DNA of 64,000 nucleotides from a virus (Duplodnaviria; Caudoviricetes), in IMG/VR virus record IMGVR_UViG_3300026274_000001; one strand, given 5' to 3'. Within the stretch, counting starts at the first letter, position 1, and each line of letters begins with the position of its first letter. Below, piece by piece: positions 18,081-27,993 of this stretch. The translations under genes and the position numbers were made by a program. The notes beneath the pieces are model-generated. The model saw only the letters and a program-made list of their open reading frames with translations, was not told the origin of the DNA and ran no database searches.

Positions 18081-18368
18081 TTAATGAGCCAATGAATCAC
18101 AAAAGGTGAGTTTGAACATGACAGCATAGCTGATGCTACGAAAGCGATATTCGATCTTGTTTTGATTTGATATAGATGTGATGACGTTACAGTCATCAGT
18201 GTGGACGGTGAACTTGTAATCCACCCATACGTCATACTTGCCTACGTTCTCGTCAATCCAATCAGCAATCGTAGCTTGAACTTCAGGCAGGTTAGTAACC
18301 GTGACTGAATGTCGCCATACGTGCTTGGCGACATAGTTGGCGAAACGATTGCTAGATTTGCGAATCAT
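18081..18368 (-). CDS. FKLxW-family protein
   Basis: DWIDENVG...SYAVMFKLTF. Confidence 0.8.
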   Translation of the reverse strand: MIRKSSNRFANYVAKHVWRHSVTVTNLPEVQATIADWIDENVGKYDVWVDYKFTVHTDDCNVITSISNQNKIEYRFRSISYAVMFKLTFCDSLAH

Positions 18369-18400
18369 CAGAGCGGATACACAATAATACTACAGTATAG

Positions 18401-18643
18401 TTACTTTTGATCAGACCATGACAGTCTAAACATCATACCGCTAGCATCGGACTCGAACTTAACGTAGAACTTCATTTCTTCAGGCTCAACGTCTACTTCA
18501 TAGTCGGTGATGTTGTGCTCACTAGCCCAGGTCTTGAACGTGTCATTGAGTATTACTGTAACATTCAACAGATCGCTTGCCTCTTCAACTGGATCCAATT
18601 GAATGCGATATAACGAATCGGGTATAAGAAATTTCATGACCAT
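18401..18643 (-). CDS. FKLxW-family protein
   Basis: TWASEHN...FESDASGMMFRLSW. Confidence 0.8.
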   Translation of the reverse strand: MVMKFLIPDSLYRIQLDPVEEASDLLNVTVILNDTFKTWASEHNITDYEVDVEPEEMKFYVKFESDASGMMFRLSWSDQK

Positions 18644-18891
18644 GTTAATTTGAACCTGATGGCTTCGGTTGCATCGTTAAAGTAAACATCTATAGCATGA
18701 CTCCCAGACTTCGATACTTCCCAGTCCCAGTCAACCCATTGTGCCCCAACAAGTTCTTCAAGCTCAGGCCTTATAATTTCATTTGGATCAGAAGTCACAA
18801 ATTCATTATCATTATCATCCTGTATTATACGCTCGCTTGGCCACGGCACGGTAACTGAATATGAATAGGCAGTAAATTCTTTTAATTTCAT
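18634..18891 (-). CDS. FKLxW-family protein
   Basis: YFNDATEAIRFKLTW. Confidence 0.8.
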   Translation of the reverse strand: MKLKEFTAYSYSVTVPWPSERIIQDDNDNEFVTSDPNEIIRPELEELVGAQWVDWDWEVSKSGSHAIDVYFNDATEAIRFKLTWS

Positions 18892-19553
18892 TGTATGATT
18901 GGCTTGACTCTTGCTCGATCGTTCCAAGCAAGCTTGAACATTAAAGCCTCGTTTTCACTCTCAAATTCCGCGGTGAGACCAACATGAAACGTATTTATGG
19001 CATATTTTGAATCTAGCCGTTCAGTACACCATTCTTTTATTTCTTTGACAAAGGCATCCCACTCAATCCGTTCATTTTTGGTATCGAATGGGTACATCAC
19101 CTCCATTTTTAATCCCCTGGGGGCAAACCACCAGATCCTGAACGCCTCGTAGTCTTCCAAGTCCACAAACGTTAGGGTCCAGCATGAGTTTACTTGAGTT
19201 TGGGCAAATACGACATTCTTGCATTCAGTCTCAAACCAGGTATCAAACTCAGCACGTCGCCATACTCGATAGCCTTCAATCTCGCTAATTTGAAATGTTA
19301 GCTGTCGATCGTAAAACGCTGTCCTTCCGTACCAAGCCATATGATCTATTAATGGATCATATATCGCATAATAATTATGCTGGTTATGGGTAATATTACC
19401 CATAACAGGAAGATGCACTCCGTCAGTAGACATTACGAATAAGTTTGACGGACTATGACTATATGACTTAATAGGAACATGCGAGCCATTAACCATAATG
19501 GCATCCTGAGAGAAGTGCAGTGACCCAGGAATGATAGTAAGCTTGCTTGCCAT
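18888..19553 (-). CDS. FKLxW-family protein with two tandem family domains
   Basis: Internal TFVDLEDYEAFRIWW plus terminal FESENEALMFKLAW. Confidence 0.8.
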   Translation of the reverse strand: MASKLTIIPGSLHFSQDAIMVNGSHVPIKSYSHSPSNLFVMSTDGVHLPVMGNITHNQHNYYAIYDPLIDHMAWYGRTAFYDRQLTFQISEIEGYRVWRRAEFDTWFETECKNVVFAQTQVNSCWTLTFVDLEDYEAFRIWWFAPRGLKMEVMYPFDTKNERIEWDAFVKEIKEWCTERLDSKYAINTFHVGLTAEFESENEALMFKLAWNDRARVKPIIQ

Positions 19554-19915
19554 TATCCGTGCGTCAATTTAAATTTGATAGCATCCGTATCATCCATAAT
19601 CAGTCGATGAGATGACATCTGGAAAGGAATCTTACCATCCGTGATCCAATTCGGATCATCACCAATAGCCCTAACTCCCTTTTGGTATTGCAGTGAAGGA
19701 TATTCTTCCTTCAATTCTGCATAGACTGGGGCGGTCCAATCGAATGTTTCAGTAGTCATGTTGCGTGGATATGGCCGAATGATCCAAACCGTGAACGGAT
19801 CAATATCAACTTGCACGAAGTGATGAAGGCGATCACCCAAATAGTAATTCTTGTTTTGATGGTAGTCGTTTTCATTTTTGTAGACAACCAACTCATATTC
19901 TCTAATCAGTTTCAT
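19553..19915 (-). CDS. FKLxW-family protein
   Basis: MDDTDAIKFKLTH; start moved to MKLIREY to avoid a 155-nt overlap. Confidence 0.7.
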   Translation of the reverse strand: MKLIREYELVVYKNENDYHQNKNYYLGDRLHHFVQVDIDPFTVWIIRPYPRNMTTETFDWTAPVYAELKEEYPSLQYQKGVRAIGDDPNWITDGKIPFQMSSHRLIMDDTDAIKFKLTHG

Positions 19916-20315
19916 AATTGGTATTGGATAAAAGGAATTGAACTTGTTCGGCCTCGTCATGAATTTCCACATGAAGATATTCACCGTCGTATGCATATTC
20001 AACACTGGTGTAATGACCGAACAGTAGTTTGCATATTTCACTATTCTCAAAGTCATGACATTTTTTCCATAGAGTCTTGTTGCGTATGACTTCTACTTTG
20101 GAATGCTTGATCACTTGGAACCGCAGTGGCGCACCATCAAGATGCGGGCAAACTTGAATAACTGTTGGAGTTGCCTCGATTTCCCAAGCAGGTATACCAC
20201 GAAATAGATAGCTATAGCTGGAACCTTGATGCATGGGAACATACGGATGCATTATCAGCAGACTGTGATGCTCTGGGAAACTTATTATTTTTCTTTTCAT
20301 ATCATAACGATGCAC
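19902..20315 (-). CDS. FKLxW-family protein
   Basis: EIHDEAEQVQFLLS. Confidence 0.65.
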   Translation of the reverse strand: MHRYDMKRKIISFPEHHSLLIMHPYVPMHQGSSYSYLFRGIPAWEIEATPTVIQVCPHLDGAPLRFQVIKHSKVEVIRNKTLWKKCHDFENSEICKLLFGHYTSVEYAYDGEYLHVEIHDEAEQVQFLLSNTNYETD

Positions 20316-20364
20316 GTTTGTACCATTATGACATAGATGGCAAGTAATGTCTAGCCAGTTGTGA

Positions 20365-20721
20365 CTAGCAATACTTTAATTTGAAGTGAAGCGCCTCGGT
20401 ATCATCTTTGAATACCAAGTAATCATTGACTTCGCCCTCTAAGTAGGGAGCGTCTGGGTACAGATGCCGTTCTATTGTGATGCTAGGGAAATCTTCTTTG
20501 AAAAATGCAATGAGGGAAGATTCATTAATTGGTTGATATCTGGATTTGACCACAATCAACCGAAATTCAATCTGCTCCTCAAGCCGCAACACCAGTTCGG
20601 CATGATTCATCATTGCTCGCGAAATTGGTTCCACTTCTGACATTATCAGAACCGAATTGCCAAATTCCCTAAACATATGCAGCATGTCAGCTCCATCGTA
20701 ATCGAAACAATACTGCTTCAT
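20365..20721 (-). CDS. FKLxW-family protein
   Basis: VFKDDTEALHFKLKY. Confidence 0.8.
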   Translation of the reverse strand: MKQYCFDYDGADMLHMFREFGNSVLIMSEVEPISRAMMNHAELVLRLEEQIEFRLIVVKSRYQPINESSLIAFFKEDFPSITIERHLYPDAPYLEGEVNDYLVFKDDTEALHFKLKYC

Positions 20722-20938
20722 TTTCCTGTGGTAGCTCTATGCGGATCCGTATAGAGCCGATAATTGCGAATGGATTCACGTACTCAAAAAGAATGCGATA
20801 TTCAATCGCATTCTCCTGTAACCACTGGTGAACTAATGGGAATTTATCCAATAGCCATGAATCACCAGGGTCACCTTTGTACGATCTATCCCAAAACGCG
20901 TCTTCATCTACGGTTGCTAGGATAAAGTTATTGCTCAT
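20687..20938 (-). CDS. FKLxW-family protein
   Basis: QWLQENA...ENEAVLFRLRW. Confidence 0.8.
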   Translation of the reverse strand: MSNNFILATVDEDAFWDRSYKGDPGDSWLLDKFPLVHQWLQENAIEYRILFEYVNPFAIIGSIRIRIELPQENEAVLFRLRWS

Positions 20939-22300
20939 TTACTTAATTTTCTTCAAGTCGTCTAATTCAGTCTTGTAGATTTCACGCAAACGCGCAGGAG
21001 ACTTCAAGATCGCTTTGTGTTCCTTGATATTACCTTGCAAGCGAGCAATGTTTTCCTTTGTAACACCAAGGAAGTCAGTAGCCCATTTGAAAGTTGGCAA
21101 ACTCACAATCTTATCAATCTGTGATGCATCAAGACCAATCTTCGATGTCAACATATCAACATCACTTTCCACTTCAGCCTTGTTTGCTTTCTTGCTCAAC
21201 CGTTCTGGTAGCTTACCATCAAAGCAAGCCTTGATACCTTGCCAATACTTGAGTTCGTAGCTGTCATCGTCCAACATCTTTGCATAACGGGTCGTGTACC
21301 ACTTCAGACGCCATTCCACAAATTCTTTGACTAGCGTTTCTGCACTGGTGTATTGACGAATACTTGTGCCATTCCAATCAATAACCACTATACGCTCAGT
21401 TGCACGTTGGCGCAACTTAAAGAATTCAATTACGTCCTGTTCCGTCCAGCCCTTCAACTCGCCACGCTTGAATGTGATTCGAATATCAATAACTTTGGTA
21501 CTGTCATCCACGAAAGTAACAATCTTATCCTCTTCTTCCATCTTGACTAGACGCTTACGGAAAGCTTCTAGGGCTAAGTTTGGAGGAAGTTCCGTAATCT
21601 TAACCAATGACGTGTTGACAATCTCAACCTTACCAGTAAACTCCCAGACATTTGGCTCGAGGTTCTTGACTGATACGTCCAAGTAATCGAAACTTGGTTC
21701 CAAACCCTTTGGTTCCTTACCATCAAGTGCTTGCTGTGTGGCTGCAACCAATTTCTTGAGGTTACGGGGTAGAATATCAGTAGACCAACCCACAGCAATA
21801 CCACTAACGCCGTTCAACAGAACTAACGGGATGAGTGGCAGAAAGTGTTCTGGCTGTTTCGTTGAACCGTCATAGTTGTCCTTTACTGGGACAATATCCA
21901 AGTCCTTGTAAAGCAACATGTCACTTGACTTGTTCTTCTTTACATAGGTATAACGTGGGGCACCGATGCCTTCCACTGGAGCAACACGCGTACCAAATGC
22001 ACCAATGCCATCAAGCAGTGTTACATTGTTGACGTATGGTGCAGCCAACATACTGATGGCCATTGCAGCTGAAGTGTCACCAGCCAGATATAGACCACCG
22101 GAAATCATTTCACCAGCTAGTGAAATTGTCTTAATCTTTTCTGATTTATTTCTAATAGTCCAAAGTGCCTTTCTTTGACTGTCTTTTAGACCGTCAGATA
22201 CGTTTGGAATGGCGCGCTGTTCGCACACATAGATAGAATAATCTCTTGAAGTGTCTTTGATGTAGTCACTAGTGGTAGGGATTTTTATTTTAGTTGTCAT
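20939..22300 (-). CDS. gyrA: Type IIA topoisomerase, breakage-reunion subunit (GyrA/ParC/T4 gp52-like, no C-terminal pinwheel)
   Basis: RAIPNVSDGLKDSQRK, GIGAFGTR, GAPRYT (catalytic Tyr), PLVLLNGVSGIAVGWST. Confidence 0.93.
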   Translation of the reverse strand: MTTKIKIPTTSDYIKDTSRDYSIYVCEQRAIPNVSDGLKDSQRKALWTIRNKSEKIKTISLAGEMISGGLYLAGDTSAAMAISMLAAPYVNNVTLLDGIGAFGTRVAPVEGIGAPRYTYVKKNKSSDMLLYKDLDIVPVKDNYDGSTKQPEHFLPLIPLVLLNGVSGIAVGWSTDILPRNLKKLVAATQQALDGKEPKGLEPSFDYLDVSVKNLEPNVWEFTGKVEIVNTSLVKITELPPNLALEAFRKRLVKMEEEDKIVTFVDDSTKVIDIRITFKRGELKGWTEQDVIEFFKLRQRATERIVVIDWNGTSIRQYTSAETLVKEFVEWRLKWYTTRYAKMLDDDSYELKYWQGIKACFDGKLPERLSKKANKAEVESDVDMLTSKIGLDASQIDKIVSLPTFKWATDFLGVTKENIARLQGNIKEHKAILKSPARLREIYKTELDDLKKIK

Positions 22301-22328
22301 AATACCTATTATAATTGTTTTATTTTGG

Positions 22329-22709
22329 TTAACAGTACTTTAATTTGAACATTATTGCGTCTTCTACATTCTGAAATGACCAATAGCGATTCAATAAATT
22401 ACCTTGAATCTTGGTTGCGATATGACCTGGAAAATTGGCATTCATCCAATAACCAGAACAATGTTCAGCACACCAAGCGCTGAACTCTCTAGTCATATTT
22501 CCCAGCTCTAACAGATTGTTATTCTTAATTCCTCGATTGGACACATCTATAATACAAAGATGCGGACAGACCTCGAAAAAGGCTTTACATATCGTCTCAT
22601 AACCTAAAGTGGCATAAAGCTTATTATCAACCGCGTAACGAGAAGATAGACGAAATTTCAGATACTTGTCTTCAAACAGACTGGCATCAAATGTTACGAT
22701 GTTGCTCAT
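22329..22709 (-). CDS. FKLxW-family protein
   Basis: AWCAEHCSG...WSFQNVEDAIMFKLKY. Confidence 0.8.
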   Translation of the reverse strand: MSNIVTFDASLFEDKYLKFRLSSRYAVDNKLYATLGYETICKAFFEVCPHLCIIDVSNRGIKNNNLLELGNMTREFSAWCAEHCSGYWMNANFPGHIATKIQGNLLNRYWSFQNVEDAIMFKLKYC

Positions 22710-23095
22710 AATGAGATTATTGGTGGTAACTTGTCATATGTAAGTGCGGTTAAAACGGCATCAATGTCATTATCGCAATGTACGATAATTGATATTTGAT
22801 TCTTTGCTGGAGTCATGGGTACAGAAACTACAGTTACCCAAGCTGGTTCTTGCAATGAGCGCTTAACCCATAGATTGATGTCATGTACGGCGGCAACTAA
22901 TTCCAATACGATGTCACCAATACGACTCATTGAAGTTGACCAATATGAAACACCATAACGTGCCACGGTAAAAGCGTGTTTACCGGTGCGTTCTGGCGTT
23001 CCAGTGTTAATGTCAACCAAACAATTACTGATCATTACGTCGTAAAGCATATCTAAGTCCATGTTTACACCCAATCTGTTAAGAGGAGTTGTCAC
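22706..23095 (-). CDS. FKLxW-family-like protein (divergent)
   Basis: LWVKRSL...HCDNDIDAVLTALTY. Confidence 0.6.
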   Translation of the reverse strand: MTTPLNRLGVNMDLDMLYDVMISNCLVDINTGTPERTGKHAFTVARYGVSYWSTSMSRIGDIVLELVAAVHDINLWVKRSLQEPAWVTVVSVPMTPAKNQISIIVHCDNDIDAVLTALTYDKLPPIISL

Positions 23096-23145
23096 TCCTC
23101 TTACTTACACAGCCAAATTCTGGAATATCTGGTGACGATCTTCAA

Positions 23146-23631
23146 TCAGAGTTCATATACTTTGTGACTATTCGATTGCATACCATTTAGCTTCATATAC
23201 ATGCCAATCATATCCAAATCATCCTGTGTATCAACATGAATTGAGAGAGTTAATTCGTAAGGAGTAACTTGTGTTTTCTGATCAATCTCAAAAAACAAAT
23301 GGAATTTACCCATTACGTTCCCTTCTGCTATTTCCCATATTGGCATACAATCTTGCAGCAATTCAATATCCACAGCGTCATAGTCAATGTCGCCATAGGG
23401 ATTGTTTATGTTAAACGCTGACATCGAATCCACCGATGCAGTTAAGAACACAAGCGAAAATTTACGAACTACCGTGAATGTTGTGAACTTGTGCAATCTA
23501 GGGAATGGATGTTTACCCTGTTGCACCAGCTTTCGATTTTGTTCTTGTGATTGAATAGTCAGATAATACTTTTCTGCCGCACTTTTACGCCATTGTTCTT
23601 CGAAAAATGCGTCTTGCGCCGCTCTATCCAT
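23146..23631 (-). CDS. Hypothetical protein, possibly divergent FKLxW member
   Basis: C-terminal VDTQDDLDMIGMYMKL. Confidence 0.6.
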   Translation of the reverse strand: MDRAAQDAFFEEQWRKSAAEKYYLTIQSQEQNRKLVQQGKHPFPRLHKFTTFTVVRKFSLVFLTASVDSMSAFNINNPYGDIDYDAVDIELLQDCMPIWEIAEGNVMGKFHLFFEIDQKTQVTPYELTLSIHVDTQDDLDMIGMYMKLNGMQSNSHKVYEL

Positions 23632-23632
23632 C

Positions 23633-25513
23633 TTACAATCCGATCCAAGCTTTACGATCATCTGATCTCTTGGAATTAAAAATCAAATCCAATGTTTCTT
23701 TCATATCGCCGTTTTCATCAGTCAACGCCATAAGCTTTGGTTCAGCAAGAGAATATGACCAGTCATCTTCAGTCAATGTTCCCAATCCCTTAGCTCGGGT
23801 AATACCCCAGCCCTTGTATTGCTCTGAATCGAAATCCAAGTGGTTATCACTGTACCAATACTTTCTAGTCTTACCCTTTTCAGCAATAATAAACGGAGTC
23901 ATAAAAATATGAACTACCGGTTCCTGCTTGGGGTCGTACAATTCTGGCCAGTACGTGAAGAAAAAGTTATTCAATAACGCACCAATATTCAGACCGTCTG
24001 GATCCATGTCATGAGCGATATAAATCTTACCAAAGCGCAGATTTTCACGCTTTGCTTTCTGACCTGGAATCAGACCAACCGCATTCATGATATCCTTCAA
24101 TGCGCCATCTTCCAGAACGTCCTTGATTGCTGCTCCATGAACATTCATAACTTTACCCTTCAATCCCAAGCCCCCGTGGATCTTTGGATCGCGTACCGAT
24201 GCCATACCACTGATAGCTGACAATCCTTCGGCCAGGAACAAGATGCACTTTGTACGATCGGTACCGCTTGCATCCATCAGACCAGCTACCTTGCTGCGCA
24301 GAACTTGCTTAACTAGCTTATTGGTATCAGCCGCATCTTTCTTCATCGTGCGTTCAGCACAGCGAGCATAGATTGCGTCTATCCAATCGCCATACTTCTT
24401 GATAATGTTCTTGAAGAAGTCAGGATCCTCTAATGCTTTACGCACGTGAGTGGAAGTTTCTTCGTTATTCAGTCGAGTCTTGGCTTGAGAGTTAAAGTTT
24501 GGCGCATCCATGGTTGTGATGTTATACATCAAGAGACCATCGGCTAAGTCACTTCGGTTTGGTTGCAACTTACGCTTCTTGCTTTCACGCTCTAAGGCAG
24601 ATAACAACCCGGAGAAGAAGTAACGCTTGAAAGTGTCCATGTGGACACCACCGTCAAATGCTGGAATGGAGTTGACTAGTGAATGTTGATGCTCACCATC
24701 TTCAAAGAAATGTGGGATCAACCAAAAGTCACTAGTGAAAGAACCTTCCTGTACACCAATATGAATTGGCTTAAAGCCTGGGAACAAATTCTTTTCAAGA
24801 CCTGGCTTAACTTTAACCTTAGTGCCGTTATAGTAAATGCTGATTTTTGGATTACACAGAGCGGCTTCGTAGATACGAGCTTGCAAGAATTCTTCAGGCA
24901 ATGTCATATCTGGGAATACTTTTGATGACAGTTTAAATGTCACCATAGTGCCTGTTGCTTTGGCAGTATTCTTTTTCTTGATTACTGGGGCCTCGACGAT
25001 TAGATCTGAATCTAATTCGGCACCTTCAGTAAATTCTTGACGGAAATGTTGATTATCGCGTTCTACATCTAGATGAAACCACTCTGAACAGAAGTTCACC
25101 ACAGACGCACCAATGCCGTTTGTGCCTCGAAGCTGTCCACGTTCACCGAAGTTACGACCAGCCCTGGCATGGCTCAATGCCAGCGTCGCAGCATGTACGC
25201 CGTGCTCTTCGTTAAAGTCGATTGGAATACCACGACCATTATCAGCAACGCTGAAGATCATAGTGGTTGGATCATATGTGATATCAATTCGATCGCCATG
25301 ACCATGACCTGCAACTTCGTCAAGCGAATTATCTAAGATTTCACGGAATGCAACGAATACTGACGGAATCCACGTTTGTTCGGTGGCGTAGGGTGCACCA
25401 TTTTCATACTGTAGAACTATTTGTGTATGAGGATCACGAGAACCCAAATACATCTCAGTTCGAACCCGTGCGTGTCCTGCTTCTGTTAGCTTAACAATTG
25501 TGTCGTTTGCCAT
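23633..25513 (-). CDS. gyrB: Type IIA topoisomerase, ATPase/TOPRIM subunit (GyrB/ParE/T4 gp39+60-like)
   Basis: EILDNSLDE, DNGRGIP, GTNGIGASVVN, AEGLSA, DMDPDG, RAKGLG. Confidence 0.95.
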   Translation of the reverse strand: MANDTIVKLTEAGHARVRTEMYLGSRDPHTQIVLQYENGAPYATEQTWIPSVFVAFREILDNSLDEVAGHGHGDRIDITYDPTTMIFSVADNGRGIPIDFNEEHGVHAATLALSHARAGRNFGERGQLRGTNGIGASVVNFCSEWFHLDVERDNQHFRQEFTEGAELDSDLIVEAPVIKKKNTAKATGTMVTFKLSSKVFPDMTLPEEFLQARIYEAALCNPKISIYYNGTKVKVKPGLEKNLFPGFKPIHIGVQEGSFTSDFWLIPHFFEDGEHQHSLVNSIPAFDGGVHMDTFKRYFFSGLLSALERESKKRKLQPNRSDLADGLLMYNITTMDAPNFNSQAKTRLNNEETSTHVRKALEDPDFFKNIIKKYGDWIDAIYARCAERTMKKDAADTNKLVKQVLRSKVAGLMDASGTDRTKCILFLAEGLSAISGMASVRDPKIHGGLGLKGKVMNVHGAAIKDVLEDGALKDIMNAVGLIPGQKAKRENLRFGKIYIAHDMDPDGLNIGALLNNFFFTYWPELYDPKQEPVVHIFMTPFIIAEKGKTRKYWYSDNHLDFDSEQYKGWGITRAKGLGTLTEDDWSYSLAEPKLMALTDENGDMKETLDLIFNSKRSDDRKAWIGL

Positions 25514-25684
25514 ATTTGCTCTCAATTAAAGGTTGTATTTGTAACATTGATTAGTTAAAGGTGTCAAAATGCCATTTAGGCATGGCTAATATTACTTTTC
25601 ACCATTCCATTTATACCGCGGCATAATATTATTTACTTTGGCGCTTTAGTCATAAATAATCTGATTACGGATTAGGAGTCCTAT

Positions 25685-26242
25685 ATGCAAACAATTTACA
25701 ATGTATCAATTGCGGCCTTTACTGGTATGTCAACTCAGGCTACGCTGGGATTTGTTGACAACACTACGGTTGCACAATATTTGGCATTAAGTCCTGCCCC
25801 AACCAATTTTACTCTGGGACAATCAGAAGCTAAAACGCAAGGCAACTGGCGCTGGAAATATATTCTGCAATCGCTAGCTCTAATGGCAAACCCATATGTG
25901 ATGAATATGATCGCTACTGGTGGTGCAGCGAACACAGATCCAACGAACTTTAGTTTTGACGTTTATTTCGAACGCGATTCAGCTGTTACTACGGTTGACA
26001 ATAATGGCAATATTTTGGTTGGTGCCCCAGCGGTGCAATTTGTGGTGGCTAGCGCATTATCTGTTACGCAATCACCAGTCCTTGAATATTATGACCCAAC
26101 ATTGTCAACTACCGTACAAGATGACTTAACTACTGGCCCTTGGGATTATGATGATCAACGTGTTGGTACCTTGGTTATCGGTGCCCTTGCTGCCAATGCT
26201 GCTGCGGCATTGTCAAATATTACAGTTACTGTGATCGCGTGA
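25685..26242 (+). CDS. Putative virion/late protein
   Basis: CATAAATA at 25651, GGAG RBS, Ala/Thr/Asn-rich. Confidence 0.65.
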   Translation: MQTIYNVSIAAFTGMSTQATLGFVDNTTVAQYLALSPAPTNFTLGQSEAKTQGNWRWKYILQSLALMANPYVMNMIATGGAANTDPTNFSFDVYFERDSAVTTVDNNGNILVGAPAVQFVVASALSVTQSPVLEYYDPTLSTTVQDDLTTGPWDYDDQRVGTLVIGALAANAAAALSNITVTVIA

Positions 26243-26406
26243 AGACCTTTCATACACTCACGAAGATTTACGAAGTCGCAAAAGAATTATTCGAACGCGG
26301 CATCATTGATCGAGACAAATTACGTGAGTTTTATGAATTGGTTTATCTAAATCAACTTAACGTCGTCCGCGAAGCTTATAAGGCCAAGCGTGACGCACGT
26401 AAGTAA
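26239..26406 (+). CDS. 55-aa protein resembling the N-terminal segment of HigA-type antitoxins (below track cutoff)
   Basis: GTGA overlap; IYEVAKELFERGIIDRDKLREFYELVYL. Confidence 0.5.
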   Translation: MKTFHTLTKIYEVAKELFERGIIDRDKLREFYELVYLNQLNVVREAYKAKRDARK

Positions 26407-26496
26407 CCAAATTGCCAGTTTCAGCTACGATAAATATTTTATGCTGGTGCACACACTCGCTTTATACTCTATCTAAACTAAAACAAGAACAAAATA

Positions 26497-27945
26497 ATGA
26501 AACTCTTTTCTGGCATAATTACAATACTTTTTGCATTACTCATATCGGCAACTGCCGCATGGTTTTCCGTAGCTGGTCTTATTGCTTTGTTTGCAGCGAC
26601 CGCTATTCCGGTTATGATCATGGGTACCGTTCTCGAGACTAGTAAGCTCGTAGCCGCAGGCTGGCTACACGCTAATTGGAAAAACCGTAATGTCAATTTT
26701 CTACACAAGTCATATCTAACATTGGCCGTACTTGCTTTGATGTTAATTACATCTATTGGTATATATGGCTTTCTGTCAAAGGGTCACTTGGAACAATCTG
26801 CTCCAGTTGCTGGTATTGAACTACAAGTCAATGCAAAGCAACAACAGATACAAATGTTGACCGATACAAATGCACGATTGACTACTGAGCTTAAACAGCT
26901 TGATGCAAGCGTTGATTTGTTCCTTCAAAGTGGCAAAGCTACCGCTGGGCTTCGTGCCCGTAAAACCCAAACATCAGAACGTGCTGACATTCAGAAACAG
27001 ATGAATGACAACAATGATCAGATCTCAAAACTGAGTGCCGATATACTGCCACTCAAGCAACAGACTGCAGAAGTCGAAGCTAAGTTGGGTCCAGTCAAGT
27101 ACGTTGCACAGTTGTTTGGATGGCAGGATACCGACAAGGCAGTCCGTTTGGTTATTATGGTCATTATGTTCGCATTTGACCCATTAGCCGTTATTTTACT
27201 TTTGAGTGCCACAATTTCTTTTGCTGAATATGTAGAAGAGAAAGCGGCAAAGAGAGAAAAAATGGCCAAGGAGCCCTTGCCATCAAACGAAGACATGCGA
27301 GTGGTATCACCAAGTATGGCGTATTCATCAGAATATCGATTGTCAAAAGGTCAACTTATTGATCCAGTCCTTAACAGTAACAGTGTTACTGTAACAGAAC
27401 CTGGTTTTGATATTACTGGCAATCAAGCAATCACACCTGATCCGAGTTCTCAGGATGAGGTGGCAACAAACGAAAACAATGTTGAAGTAAAGAACGCAAG
27501 TGAAAATACTATAACATCAATTCGTCACGACCTAGAAGATTTACAAGGTCGTATTGAACCCACTTTCGGTACTCCTACAACAGTAGTTGATACCGAAGAG
27601 CCAGTCTTCCAACAAGAAGAACCAGCGCAAATTCACGAAGATAAGCTCGCGGAATTGCGTGCGACTGACCAAATGTCTCCAGAAGTTGGAACTATTGACG
27701 AGGTTGCCCCAGAGACTGCGCCAGAAGCTCACCAAGAGCCCACTGTCGTATTCACTACTCCTGTTGTTGAACTGGCACCTAATGATAAGGAACGTCTTAT
27801 CGAGATCCTCGAGAAACGTCCTGAAATTCTCCAAGACTTAATTGACGTGATTAGTTCACATCGTCAACAAGAAGAAACAACGGTTGCGAAAGCTCCAGTT
27901 GTTAATGCTCCAGTGGTTAATCAGCCAAAGCCTTGGATTAGCTAA
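26497..27945 (+). CDS. Conserved phage multi-TM coiled-coil membrane protein with acidic disordered C-terminus
   Basis: AWFSVAGL, LETSKLV, ITSIGIYGFLSKGH, GPVKYVA, FDPLAVILLL. Confidence 0.8.
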   Translation: MKLFSGIITILFALLISATAAWFSVAGLIALFAATAIPVMIMGTVLETSKLVAAGWLHANWKNRNVNFLHKSYLTLAVLALMLITSIGIYGFLSKGHLEQSAPVAGIELQVNAKQQQIQMLTDTNARLTTELKQLDASVDLFLQSGKATAGLRARKTQTSERADIQKQMNDNNDQISKLSADILPLKQQTAEVEAKLGPVKYVAQLFGWQDTDKAVRLVIMVIMFAFDPLAVILLLSATISFAEYVEEKAAKREKMAKEPLPSNEDMRVVSPSMAYSSEYRLSKGQLIDPVLNSNSVTVTEPGFDITGNQAITPDPSSQDEVATNENNVEVKNASENTITSIRHDLEDLQGRIEPTFGTPTTVVDTEEPVFQQEEPAQIHEDKLAELRATDQMSPEVGTIDEVAPETAPEAHQEPTVVFTTPVVELAPNDKERLIEILEKRPEILQDLIDVISSHRQQEETTVAKAPVVNAPVVNQPKPWIS

Positions 27946-27993
27946 TCGTTAGGACTACATAAATACCTTTACAGGACTTTTAAGGGAATTTTG

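Noticed and set aside
20939-25513. Inteins or frameshift/bypass in topoisomerase genes
   Set aside because: Lengths fit intact subunits, the gp39+60 equivalent is one ORF, and no intein motifs are seen
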